Assembly: GCA_904063045.1 (NCBI GenBank)
Contig: CAJFCJ010000037.1
Location: 62,001 to 126,000 of the forward strand
Direction of reading: 5' to 3'
Source: Dimorphilus gyrociliatus
Taxonomy: Eukaryota > Animalia > Annelida
DNA: 64,000 nucleotides
In this document: in pieces, positions 48,983 to 60,963 of the stretch
How positions within the stretch are numbered: the first letter of the stretch is position 1
How the letters are laid out: every line of letters begins with the position of its first letter
Made by a program: the position numbers and the translations under genes
Notes under the pieces: generated by a model
Database searches by the model: none
The model's input: only the letters and a program-made list of their open reading frames with translations
What the model was told of the DNA's origin: nothing

Positions 48983-49657
48983 TTGATGGATTATGTTAAA
49001 AACTTTTTACTTGTTATTTCCTGTTTAAATCAAGTTGTTGGATTTTGTCTAAATTTTAATTTAATTTTAATTCGTTTAATTAATAAAGATTTATGGAAAT
49101 TACAAAATTTTGGAGTAACAGCTTTGATAATCACTGACATTCTTTATTCAATAAGCCTACTATTCTTTTATTCTGTCAATAGAGTAGAAATGACTTTTTA
49201 GAGCTGTATCATTCTGATTCAAGCTGTTTTCATGATAATTATTATATCATCTTTTACATTAACATTAATTATGCTTGAAAATGCTATTACCAGTTTACTA
49301 TTATATTTTCCAATTCTTAGAGCAATATACAAACACAGAAGAGCAATTTCTGATTTATCAAATGTTGACAATTCAAGATCAGAAGGAAGTAATATTAAAG
49401 CCTTAACCATTTTATTAATCTACAATACCATTATTATGACTGTACCATCCATAATTGCTCTTTCAACTTATCGTATCAGGAAAAAAATATTTTCTTTGTC
49501 GGATGCAGAGTATAGATTATTTGTTGATTTATTTACAGCAATTACTGTCTCAAATTCAACAATAAATCCCCTTGTTCATAGCTATACAAAATGTTCAATT
49601 AGGCTTCAAACCAAAAAATTCTATAGAAATCTCTTTGAAAAGATTACTTGCAAATAG
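48983..49657 (+). pseudogene. Paralog of the 19945 GPCR with a nonsense codon and a 78-codon in-frame deletion (TM4-ECL2)
   Basis: TAT>TAG at 49199-49201. The junction GAAAAT|GCTATT corresponds to loss of 20245-20478 of the intact copy. Upstream (about 130 bp) and 3' flanks are also shared. Confidence 0.9.
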
Positions 49658-49799
49658 TCAGAAGAAAAAAACTGGATTACCTACAATCTACTTCAGATTG
49701 ATCTGAATATCTTTTGGTAAAGTATAGGGAAGGACAATCTGAATCTGAGGGGAAAAGATCATCAAAAATACTTTGATATTTTGCCAACATTTGTGTTAG

Positions 49800-50095
49800 C
49801 AGTGTATGACTGAATATCATAGGCAAACCTCAAAGTATATAAATCCTTGCTATTTTCATTCTATTCAATTGTATCTGGATCCAAGCACCTGGGAACAAAC
49901 TCCTCTGGAGACAGTCTTTGGCAATCTGCTATTACAAATCATCTACACTGCTATTGAACTTTCACATTGTTATTTTCTCAAGTATTTCCATTTCAAATAA
50001 AACATTTAATTAAAACAATTGTTTAAAAGATTCGAGTAGAACCAGTACTGTTTTAACTTCCAAATACATAAATTGGCAAAGCACATCACGTGACA
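49800..50095 (+). mobile_element. LTR 3' half (diverged member of the 54480 family)
   Basis: GGCAAACCTCAAAGTATATAAATCC...TTCGAGTAGAACCAGTA...ACATAAATTGGC, ending GTGACA. Confidence 0.8.
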
Positions 50096-50300
50096 ATGTT
50101 TGAAAGATATTCACACTTAGATTGAAAATTACAGTCACATTTTATATTTTTGAAATATTTAAAGAGTCACAAATGCTAAACAGAGGAAAAGATTCCCCAA
50201 AATTGGAACAACATTTTCCTAATCCCAACAATGACATAGTTGAGAATTAGTGAATCACAAACAAAACATTTTAAAATTCGTTAAAGCATTTTTTTTCTTT

Positions 50301-52426
50301 TTAAGGATTTACATGACAAATTTCAACACTACTCAATTGTGTTGCAGTTGTACTGATCATAAAGTATAAATTTGTAATTGTACTATTCAGTTGATCACAC
50401 GTAAAAACAAATCTATGATAATTATTATTGCTAATAGCCGCAATTTTCAATGTACAAAACATTACGTCATGTTCTTTGTAAGAGTTTTTATAACCAACTT
50501 GAACATGGATGAAGTTAAATAAATGTTTGTCAAATTTCAAAACAATTTCCGGTTTAGTTTTTATTGAATGCCTATTGATTGGTATTCCATTTAAATTAAT
50601 AGTTTCAATTATAGTTGATTTATTTGGTAGAGCAACGCAAGTAGAAACCAGTCTGTCAGTTAGATATTGGCTTGGTACTTTTGAACACGATTCTCTATTA
50701 TGTATAAAAACGTTTCGTCCATCTATTTTTTAAATAGAAATAATGAGATAAACAAAAAAATAGACACTTTTCAATTTAAATTTCAATGATACCTATGTCA
50801 TTAATTTTGATGCTATTTTTAAAACTGGATTCTTTAGATTTCCATGACACTTCTGTAATTCTATTGACTTTGAACTGAGTAGTTAAAATTGTATTTACAT
50901 TATACAATAGGCCCTTGCCAAATTGAATCGTATCATTAGACATAGAAATCCAAAAATCATTTGTTTCATTACAAAGAATAAAAAATTTATCGACTTCCAT
51001 TGCTTTGACTATGAAATTAGGAGTTACAATTTCAATATAGCTCTTCAATAAATTTGATATGAAAATTTTAAATACAACATCCATATTGGAATAGAATGAA
51101 ATTATTATGTCACCACAATCATCTGAAAAGCTACTGTTTCTTTTGAACAATTGAAAACTGAATGATTTAAATTTGTTATGAATGTAGGATGGAAGTTTAT
51201 AAGCATAAGTGGAAGTGCCTGCTAGTGTGTAGTCTCTTGCAAATAACTCTAATAGAATAGATATTGAACATAATTAAGTTTTAAAATTTTTACAAACTAC
51301 AACAAACCCTTTACAAACACTTGAACTTGTGCAAATCCAATATTTTTATTAGCTTGTATCTCTCTTGATTCTAGATATAGTCCAGTTTCAATAAATTCTT
51401 CATTATACTCAAAACATTGCTGCTTTTGATTTGGTTTTAAATCTTGTAATTTTATTAAACCAGAAGTCCATTTTTCCATTACTTTTATAATATACATTTT
51501 AGATGATTGTTTATTTGTAAGGCAATATATAGTTGGTTTGCCATATTTTTCAAATGTAATATTTATATATTGTCCAATACAGTCACTTCCTGTGCAATCT
51601 GCCACCCATTCTTGCTTATTTTTAAAAAAAAGATAACTTTGAAAATCTAGAGCCAATCGACAATTCCAATTTTCAGATAGTTGACTTTTTGCAGTACAAG
51701 TCGCTCCATTTGCTGTTGAAGAAACATCTGTAAAATAGTCAGCAGATGTCATATTTTCTGATGTATCTGTAAGAGAAGAGAGTAGAGTGATTAAGAAATA
51801 GAAGGACACCCATTTAGAGATTTATATACCATTATCATAGGCATATATCACTATTGAACTTAGGCCTGTATTTCTATTTTTATAACGATGACCAATGATG
51901 AATGTCATCGTTTGAACATTTTTTCCATAATTCAGTTTGGGTAGGTAACATTCAATATTTTTTTCCATATCCAATTTAACATTCATCGATTGTTGGCCAT
52001 TAAAGCAAAATTCAACTTGTTTTACCTTATTTTCATCATTAAAAAATGGTTGAGATAGGCATATTTCGCAAATATCATACTCTTTTTTAAATGTTAACGA
52101 ATATTTTTCTTTATAACAACTAGGACTACAGTTCGAAATCCAAGGATTTATATTAATCCATTGTGGAGATAAAGCATTTTCGCATTCGAATGTAAATAAA
52201 TCAGTTGAAGGTCTTGTTGATTCAGCAGTACAACTAGAATTCATTGACAGATCAGCAATATTTAGCAATTTTTCACCTTAAAATCAAAATTAAAGAATAT
52301 ATCTATCCCTATATCAAGTTATTTAGTTTTACATTGTTTTATCTTACCTATTGCTGTTCCTATTGCTGTTTTTAATAAAAAAACTGGTATTAAACACCAA
52401 ATTTGACTGAAACTAGAATAGAACAT
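50301..52426 (-). pseudogene. Secreted protein: 2 discoidin/F5-8C-like domains, a FAMeT(Methyltransf_FA)-like domain and a galactose-binding-like domain; one apparent frameshift near 50560
   Basis: Signal exon MFYSSFSQIWCLIPVFLLKTAIG, then exons with CTAES...CENAL...W and CTAKS...CRLAL...W, then FWISMSNDTIQFGKG, then FTCDQLN...LSSVEIC. Exons are separated by short GT-AG introns. Confidence 0.6.
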
Positions 52427-53881
52427 TTTCAATTTTAGTGAATAATAGTGCTTTTCTTTTTTAAATAAGACGTGTCTAGAAAAAGATAATGAATTTTTTA
52501 TTATCTATTGTTTTGCAGTCAAAAGATAAGATCGATATTAAAAATTTCCAATTTAAATTTGTAAAGAAAATTTAAAACTAGATAAATAAAAATTTCTTTT
52601 TTTAAATTTTTTGTAAACAGTATTAAATATTATCAATAATTTGTTTTAAAACTATTTCAATATGTTGACATTAAAGTTACTTATAGACTTTAACAAAGAA
52701 CATAAATCAATTAACAAGTCACATGGTATGTAAGCGAGTCATTTATTAATATCACTATTATTACTATTATTATTATGTAAACTCTCCAGCCAGGAATGTG
52801 TGCATATAGAAAATAGAGAAAGTAAGCAGAAGATTTCTTGGGATAATTTTTCCATTGGCTAGATGGCAGCATTTGTTTAATAGAGTCACAAACTCGACTA
52901 TGAACATCTGCAAACCAATCTTATTACAAACTCTAAGAGAGTGAAATATTAAAGGTAAAGGTCTGGAGTCTTGTCTCTGGAACTGGCAGAAAATGGTTAG
53001 AGCTCTGATAGAAAACCAACAAATATTGTAAATAATGAGAATCGTTTGAAGCGATTCAGAATTAGGGAAATCAACTGGTAAAGTGACAAATATCTAATGT
53101 TAAAATTGTTTTAGATTTATATGTAGACCCAGAACATGAACATGGGCAAAGAGTAGCAGAGCAACTGTCCTTCCTCATTTGCCATTCTCAAACATTGTCT
53201 CTCTATTCTTCTATATCTCTAAGTTATCATCTCTCCTTCCAGTAGCTTATGCTATTGGTCCCTGTTTCTTGGTATCTGTCTCACGCTAATTTGGTATCTG
53301 GATGGTAAATTAAAGGTTGTCAAAGAACCATTTGTTCAACTTTTCTCCATCCCTTCTTTTATTAAAAAAGATGAAGAAACAAAGCAGTTTGTTAAATCTG
53401 ATAACTTTCTCATTTTTCATCAACTGTATCAAAAATGATAAAACTTGCTCTTGTTAACAGGGGACGAATTTTCCCAGAGACAAGTTTTCCTGCTCCCTTT
53501 TACATTTCATCTTAAAGTTAAATGCACGAACATTGAATTTTTCATATCCAATATTATTGCAGATCATACTAATGTATCTGACAAGTACATTTGACCATTG
53601 CAATTAGTTTTTGAGCAGTTTTCAAAACCTCTTTATTCACTTTTATCTTAAAGATTGCAAATTAAATTAATAATAGAAAGTTAATTTCTAAATAATATAT
53701 ATAATTATTTGGGAAATTTTTTCTCCTTTTTATCCCAAAAATAGATAATGTTCAATTGTATATAATTGGCTTATTAACTTAAATGCACTATTAGTTTTAA
53801 TATTGGTTATAATAATACAGTTTTTACATAAGCCTATAGAGGTAGCCATTGTTTTGATATTTTGATATTGGAAAGAAAATA

Positions 53882-56875
53882 ATGAAATTTATCATTACAA
53901 TTGTTTTTCTCTGTCTTCTCATTTCTCTAACAAAGTCTACTACTTGTAAGAATGTTCAATTTTCAGCTGTAACACCAGAACTATGCTCAATAAAAGCACA
54001 TGAAATTCTAAATTGGATAGAGGATGATATGCCTCATACTATGAGAGAAAAGGCATATAGAATAGCAATGGAGTATTTCTCATCAAATCCAACATTTACT
54101 TTTTTAAATTTTTGACAAATTTTCCAAAATTATCTGCAAGATTTTAAATGTTAAATCATATTCAGAATTAAGTGAACAATTACTTTCAATTTTAAAATGG
54201 AAAATCTCCTCTGTGGACTTTACTCTTTCAATTCAGAAGGAATTGACACATAGGAGACTCTATTTTGAAAATGATTACTTTCATAGAATTGTTGAAATGT
54301 TGAAAGAAATATTGAATTATCTCCGTGAAAATATTGTCAATGAAAATGTGAATAGAAAATCGAAATTTGTCAAGAAATTTAATGAATTGATAATATATAT
54401 GAATTCAAAATATGGTCCAAATTGGTTGGGCGATATAAGAGCTTCCAGTCTATTTGATATATTTTTCAGGCGTTTTCGTTGTACAACTTTTGTTATATTT
54501 TACATGCTCGAACTCTATTATTTGATGCAACTTATACATGTACATCTTAAAACCAACGCAAGAAAATGCTATAACATTGGCCAAACATAAGTCTGATTAG
54601 TCAGCTTGAAGGCTCATCTTTAATTACCAATAAAGGTTTGGCCAAGTTATAATTTAATTAACTTGCCTAGGGTGTGGCCAAGTTATAATTCAATTAACCT
54701 TCCTAAATGTTCAACCTTGTAACATCCTCTTACTAAACATAAATATGAACTACACATTTCGGCAACTGTAAAGTGATGATTGGATGTCAGAGGCAAACCT
54801 CAAAGTATATAAATCCTCACTATTCTCATTTGGCATGCAGCTTCCATCTGGACCCAAGGACATGGGAAAATCATCTGGAAACAACCTCCACTGGAACCAT
54901 CCATCTACTCCTCAACATTGGAAGACAGTTTGGTAATTTGGCAACCTGCTTTTACAAACTATCTACTCTGCTATCAAACTCTCATATTGTTACTTGCTTA
55001 AGTATTATTATTGTGAAAAAACCGTTTTAATTTAAACATTTGTTTAAAGGTTCGAGTAGAACCAGTATTGTTATAACTTGCAAACACATAAATTGGCCAA
55101 GCAAGAACAGTACATCGTCAATGGAAAACGGTTGATAATGTGAGAGAAGCTGTTGATGCAATAGCTGGTATCATATTTTTATAATAGATGCAAATTTATT
55201 CAAATTGAAGGCAAAATTTTCTTCCCTTCTAGCTAGATATTACAATATGTCTGATCCTAATAACAACTTTAGAGAGGAATTACTTCTTCAGGCTTATAAT
55301 TTAGTAAAAGCCAAATGCAATAAACAAATTAACATTGTAATAAAGTCATTCGACAAAGCCTATAAACTATTTCAATACTTTTATAAAATTGGTGGATTTA
55401 ACCTACCAATCTGCTCCTATGATGACATATTTAATAAAATGATTACTCAATTCAAAGAGAATGAAATTCTGTTTGAAAAATTTTTATCATCAGAAGAAAT
55501 TTTATTTTTTTAGAAAATTTTCTCATCACCAACAGATTTTAAATTAAACAGTTGCAACATTTTCCATTCACAAGATATAGGCAATTTCAATAATAGAATG
55601 GCTATGTATATTGGATTATCTAAGAAACATATAGAAAACTATGAAAGTGCATTATCCTTTTATCTGCTTCCAACCAATTTGTATAGAAATACAATTAGGA
55701 TTAGTGAAGATATTTTCTCATTTATGGCAAATACGAAAATACTTTTGGAATGGCCAATAAAATTTCCACCAATAGAAATTCAAATGTTTTTAGATAGTTT
55801 ATTAAATACTTATGGAGAAAACTGGTTGAAATATTTAGATCCTTTTAATCAGTTTGGTATTCATCATTTGAAAATGAATGGGGATATGAATGAAAAAGTC
55901 TCTGGTCTATTTATAGGTATTGAAAATGAACAGCAATTCTTCCAGAATATAGGCCTATCAAGAAACCAAAAATTGCTCTATAGTATAAAAGCATTAAAAG
56001 ATTTTCTATTTAATAAACAAAATCCTTTACTTTGGAAAAACTATATAAAGATAACAAAAAACTTTTTAAGCATATATAATGGCCTTGAAAAGATTGATGT
56101 CTCTGACCTAATTACCACTCAACCAAAAAAATGTGATTCAAGCAACCATAAGATCATTGAAAATGTATTAAAATTTTGGGAAAAGAACAAAAATCTACTG
56201 AGAAATACTGTATTTCATCTACTTCAAAAACATTTACATTTTGAATTTCCTGCCAATGACATTGCCAAAAGATGGATTTCAGAGTTTTTCTGTATCATTT
56301 TAGAATCTTCAAATGAGGATTTTAAAATAAATTTGTATGGATTTCTTGGAACGAGACTGGAATTTTTTCAACATGATATTATTAAGGTTATAGTTAAAAT
56401 TGGTAATGGAAAGAAGGATGAAAAATTTGCTAAATCTATAAAAATATGGTCAGCCATTTTGGAAGGATATAAACAACTTGAAATAATGAAAGCTAATGGA
56501 GAGAATAAAATGGAAATTGTATCATTTGTTGAAAGTCAATTAGAAAATATAATAAAATCATTTGGAGAGAAATGGACATCAGTATTGAATCCATTTAATC
56601 ATTATATGTTCTCTTTTGACTATAGCTTCTCAGATTCATATTTTATAACAAAAGTGGCAAATTCTCTTGTAAAAGCCAATAACGCTTATGAATTTAATTC
56701 TAAAATGAATTTTCAACACTACGCCGCTGAAAATAGTCAAATAATATTCAATATTCTTGAAAATCTAGTCAAACATGATTTAGGAAATATATGGGATTCT
56801 GCAAATGAATTTGAAAATCTTATTATTCAATTTAATCATACAAAAGTAATGAAGAATTTAATTGAAATGCATTAG
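53882..56875 (+). pseudogene. Unrecognised intronless secreted helical-repeat protein (about 780 aa reconstructed) disrupted by a solo LTR, two frameshifts and a stop
   Basis: Signal MKFIITIVFLCLLISLTKS; +1 T at about 54113; LTR at 54480-55114; frameshift at about 55180; TAG at 55511. Three internal motifs: SKYGPNWL, NTYGENWL and KSFGEKWT. Confidence 0.7.
54480..55114 (+). mobile_element. 635-bp solo LTR with 4-bp TSD (TCGT)
   Basis: TCGT|TGTAC...GTACA|TCGT, with 5-bp terminal inverted repeats and a TATA-like GTATATAAATCC at about 54805. Confidence 0.9.
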
Positions 56876-56915
56876 AAGTCTTTTTAAAATTATTACAATT
56901 TACTTGGCTTAGTAG

Positions 56916-58090
56916 AGTACAACTTTTTATATATTTGATGTTTATACTATGTATGCTACAATATACCACTTATTCAAAAACCTATGCCAGAAATGCAATT
57001 AATCATCATTTGGCCAAACTCAGACCTTGCCTGGTCATATTTTAGGTTCATGTTTAAGTGCAACTCAAGGTTTGACCAAGTTGTGATTGATGAGCTTGTT
57101 GAGCATTTGGCCAAAGTATGATTAATTAGCTTTCTCATCTGTTCAACTTTGTAACATATTGTTCCTAGACCACCTACAGTGAAGTGATGATATGATATTG
57201 GAGACAAACCTGCAAGTATATAAACCCTAACTGTTTTACTCTAACTGTACTACCTTGAACTGGAAAGATCAAATGGAGACAACCACTGGGACAAACCTTC
57301 TACCCTTTCAACATTAGACATTAGTGTACAACTTTGGTTATATTTTACATGCTTGAACTCTATTATTTTATGCAACATATACATGTACATCTTAAAACCT
57401 ACGCAAGAAAATGCTATAACATTGGCCAAACATAAGTCTGATTAGTCAGCTTGAAGGCTCATCTTTAATTATCAATAAAGGTTTGGCCAAGTTATAATTC
57501 AATTAACCTTCCTAAATGTTCAACCTTGTAACATCCTCTTACTAAAGATAAATATGAACTACACATTTCGGCAACTGTAAAGTGATGATTGGATGTCAGA
57601 GACAAACCTCAAAGTATATAAATCCTCACTATTCTCATTTGGCATGCAGCTTCCATCTGGACCCAAGGACCTGGGAAAATCATCTGGAAACAAACTCCAC
57701 TGGAACCATCCATCTACTCCTCAACATTGGAAGACAGTTTGGTAATTTGGCAACCTGCTTTTACGAACTATCTACTCTGCTATCGAACTCTCATATTGTT
57801 ACTTGCTTAAGTATTATTATTGTGAAAAAACCGTTTTAATTTAAACATTTGTTTAAAGGTTCGAGTAGAACCAGTATTGTTATAACTTGCAAATGCATAG
57901 ATTTTGCCAGCAAGAGCAGTAAATTAGTTTGGTAATTTGGCAACCAGCTATTACAAACTGTCTACTCTGCTATTGATCTTTTATGTTGTTACAAGCTTAA
58001 GTAGTTTATTTCAAGTAAACCATTTAAATTAAACACTTTGTTTAAAGATTCGAGTATAACCAGTACTGTTGTAACTTGCAAATGCATAAA
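56916..58090 (+). mobile_element. Older, diverged LTR of the same lineage, split by a younger solo LTR
   Basis: Starts AGTACAACTTTT (cf. TGTACAACTTTT) and contains GTATATAAACCC. The halves 56916-57324 and 57928-58090 rejoin as ...TCAACATTAGACATTAG-TTTGGTAATTTGGCAACC..., collinear with the young LTR. Confidence 0.75.
57325..57923 (+). mobile_element. 599-bp solo LTR with 4-bp TSD (TTAG)
   Basis: TTAG|TGTACA...CAGTAAA|TTAG. It is highly similar to 54480-55114, and loss of one 36-bp internal tandem unit accounts for the length difference. Confidence 0.88.
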
Positions 58091-59774
58091 TAAGATTTAA
58101 AAAGTTGGTGTGGAAATAAAAAGAGAACTGAAAAAAGAGACCAATAGAACCAAAAGATTATGACTTTGAAATAAATATGGATTTCATACTAGACAACTTT
58201 CTGAAGAAAGACATCTTTGAAAAGAATGAATAAAATTCTTATATTTGGAACAGACTATCAGTTGAATTGTTGGGTAAATTGGGGTTATTGGTTTGTGGTC
58301 CAACATTTAAAATAGTAAAAGAACCATTTTACAAATAATTTTTGACCATCCAAAACTTAAGATTGATCTTAAGTGAAAACAAGGGGAACATGAAACATGT
58401 CCCACTGGCCTTCATTTTCATATCATCCAAATACAAGAGAGCTTATAAATTGGCATTCTAAGCTTTAATAATTAATTACATTTTCAGTTTGTTAACTGTT
58501 AAACATATTTCCCATAGTCTATTAAGAAGATGATTAACATGTTAGAGCCTGAAAATGTCACTTTTAGATGATTGAATAGTCAAGTGAGCTCAAAAAGCTC
58601 ATTCTACATGCTAGTTAATGAACTGAAAAGAGAGGGAGACTTGATTTTTATCTCTGAAAACATGAAAAACAAAGTAAATGTATCCCAGAGAAAAAAATAT
58701 GGTTTAACCCACTAGTGGATACAGATTACCAGGGTACAGTTTAACACAGGTAGTTTCACCCCAATTGGGCTGGTTTAGGGTTAGGGTAAAAGCAGTGATT
58801 TGTGGACACTTTCTGTTGAATCCACTCAAAACTCTATTCTAATTAGACAATTACTAATTTACCTACTAAAAAGAATATTACAAATATACTTATTTTATAC
58901 CCTAACCCTTTGGATACCCTAATAATTTGCTTCGCCATCTATGGTGTTGTAATTACTAGGTCTATCACCTTTTGGTTTATCTTTTACCATAAACATTATT
59001 AAAAAATGCTTCAAATATTTTTTGTTTTTGTTAAGCTACATTTAGAAACTTTAACCATTTTTTAGATAAACATTTGAAGTTTTTGAACTAATTATTTTGA
59101 ATAGCCCAGTAAAAACTACTTGTCATTAATTCTAATTATTGAAAGCCCATATGTGTAATTGCAAAACACCTGTAAACACTGATACAATATTGTTCTTGAC
59201 AATTTCTGGCTGGTCACAGTTGTGCTCATCGATTCAAATCATTTTCCAATTTACAAAAGTACCCCACACCAATAGAACCATTTAATTTCATCCATAAATA
59301 GTCTTCATAAAGGAAATTTTTTGTAAGAAAACTTAACCTTTATCTTAACAAAATAGCACATGAATCATCTTTCAGTGATGAATTACTAAGGAAAAAATTC
59401 ATTATAAAGTGGTATTACTCATATTATGACATATTTTAAAATATTATTAATTAATTATGAAGAGGATATTATGCTAAGAGTAGCTTTCAGGACTACAGCC
59501 AGTGAGTTATATTCTTATATAAACAGTTAGAGTCAATTAAGTGACAATTGCCTTATTCTTCTATAAGGAAACATTATGTATAATTGATGTAAAAAATGAA
59601 AAAAATCAATCTTAAGTTCTTGTATAAAAAGAAACAGAATTTTTTTGTTCTATCCAATCAGAATATTTGCATAATGTTTATCCATTTTCTCCTTTTTCTT
59701 CAATATTCTCAAATTGGTAAGCAATTTTTTCCATTTATGGCAAATAATTAATTTTTTTAAATAGCCTTTACAAG

Positions 59775-60471
59775 GTTACCATTCCTGCACAAGGATTCTG
59801 AAACTATCCTGTTGTATGACTGGTACAATGAAACAAACTTTGGTCCTTTAACACCAACTACAGTATTACATGATATTGGAGGATCAGAGTTGGGACAATT
59901 GTTGGTTCAAACTCTAAAACCAATAAGGATGGTTCAATCTATTTTGGATTTGAAAGCTATTTAAAAGTTAGAATTTTTGTTTTTTGATGTTTCGATGATT
60001 ATTTGTTTTTCTACATTTAGATTGTTCATGATGGTGATTTTATAAACAGTGATTTTACAGTTGAAATTGTAACAAAATATCTTTTACCAGCAAATTATCC
60101 ACAAGATGAGATATTTTATTCATTTAAAAAAGGTTATCATTTGGGATTAAAAATGTCAATAAATGGAGAAGGTTCACTACTAACTAGAGAGGGAGAAAAA
60201 TTGGGAATTGTTATGAAGCCATTGTCTAGTGATTATTTAACATACTTTGCATTGGTTTATAATCCAAATTCAAAAAGAATGCACTACTATATGAAAGGAG
60301 TTAAATATGGACATGTTAATGTTTTAAACTTTATAGGTGCACCTAAAGATCTTGCACTTGGATTCTGTGTTGGAGCTTGTAGTGAAAAAGATTTTCATGG
60401 TAATATTTATGCTTTTAAATGGACACGTTCTCTGAAAAGTGATGCTGACATAGCAAACAAATGGCTGGAAA
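59775..60471 (+). pseudogene. Concanavalin A/LamG-like (pentraxin-type fold) exons with a frameshift
   Basis: ILLYDW...LHDIGG/(shift)IVGSNSKTNKDGSIYFG; intron; DFTVEIVTK...TYFALVYNPNSKRMHYYMKG...FHGNIYAFKWTRSL. Confidence 0.6.
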
Positions 60472-60599
60472 GTTTGTATTATTTTTTAATTCAAATATCT
60501 CTGTTATTTTTTTAAATTTTCATTACATCCTTTCATATTATAACTCACTGGAAAGAAGGGTTCTTAAAAAATGTATAATCTTGTAATATTCAATAAACT

Positions 60600-60963
60600 A
60601 AATCAGTACCAGTGTTTCAATGCTTAAAAAACAAATTAGCCTGAAAATATGCAAAGAAATGCAAAATTTATCTTTCACTCACAGACAAGACAAGGTAATA
60701 ACTCATTTCTCTTTTAATAGCATTACATAATTCAGAGAAAACTGGTAAAAACATCACAATACATATCCCTTTCTTCAAAAATATTAATATTTTATTCTAT
60801 AAATGAAGTAAACAGCAAAGAGAAAAACATTTCTGACTATAAATATCAATAGTTATGCCAAGTATATCTTTTGCCAGGCATAGGACGTTTTTTCCCAGCC
60901 TTTAGGATGTTTTTTCCCAACAATTAGGACGTTTTTTCCCAGGGACGTTTTTTCTCAACCCCC
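60600..60963. mobile_element. Non-autonomous end fragment of the second MULE family
   Basis: Collinear with 43570-43897, including the GGACGTTTTTTCCC subrepeats and the CAACCCC end. Confidence 0.8.

Noticed and set aside
54773-57839. Duplicated 85-aa ORFs (54773 and 57582)
   Set aside because: Both lie wholly inside the solo LTRs and are incidental frames.
54480-57923. A single LTR element (two direct LTRs) carrying the 425-aa ORF as cargo
   Set aside because: Each LTR has its own distinct TSD (TCGT, TTAG), there is no PBS or PPT between them, and the enclosed ORF continues a gene that starts outside the first LTR.
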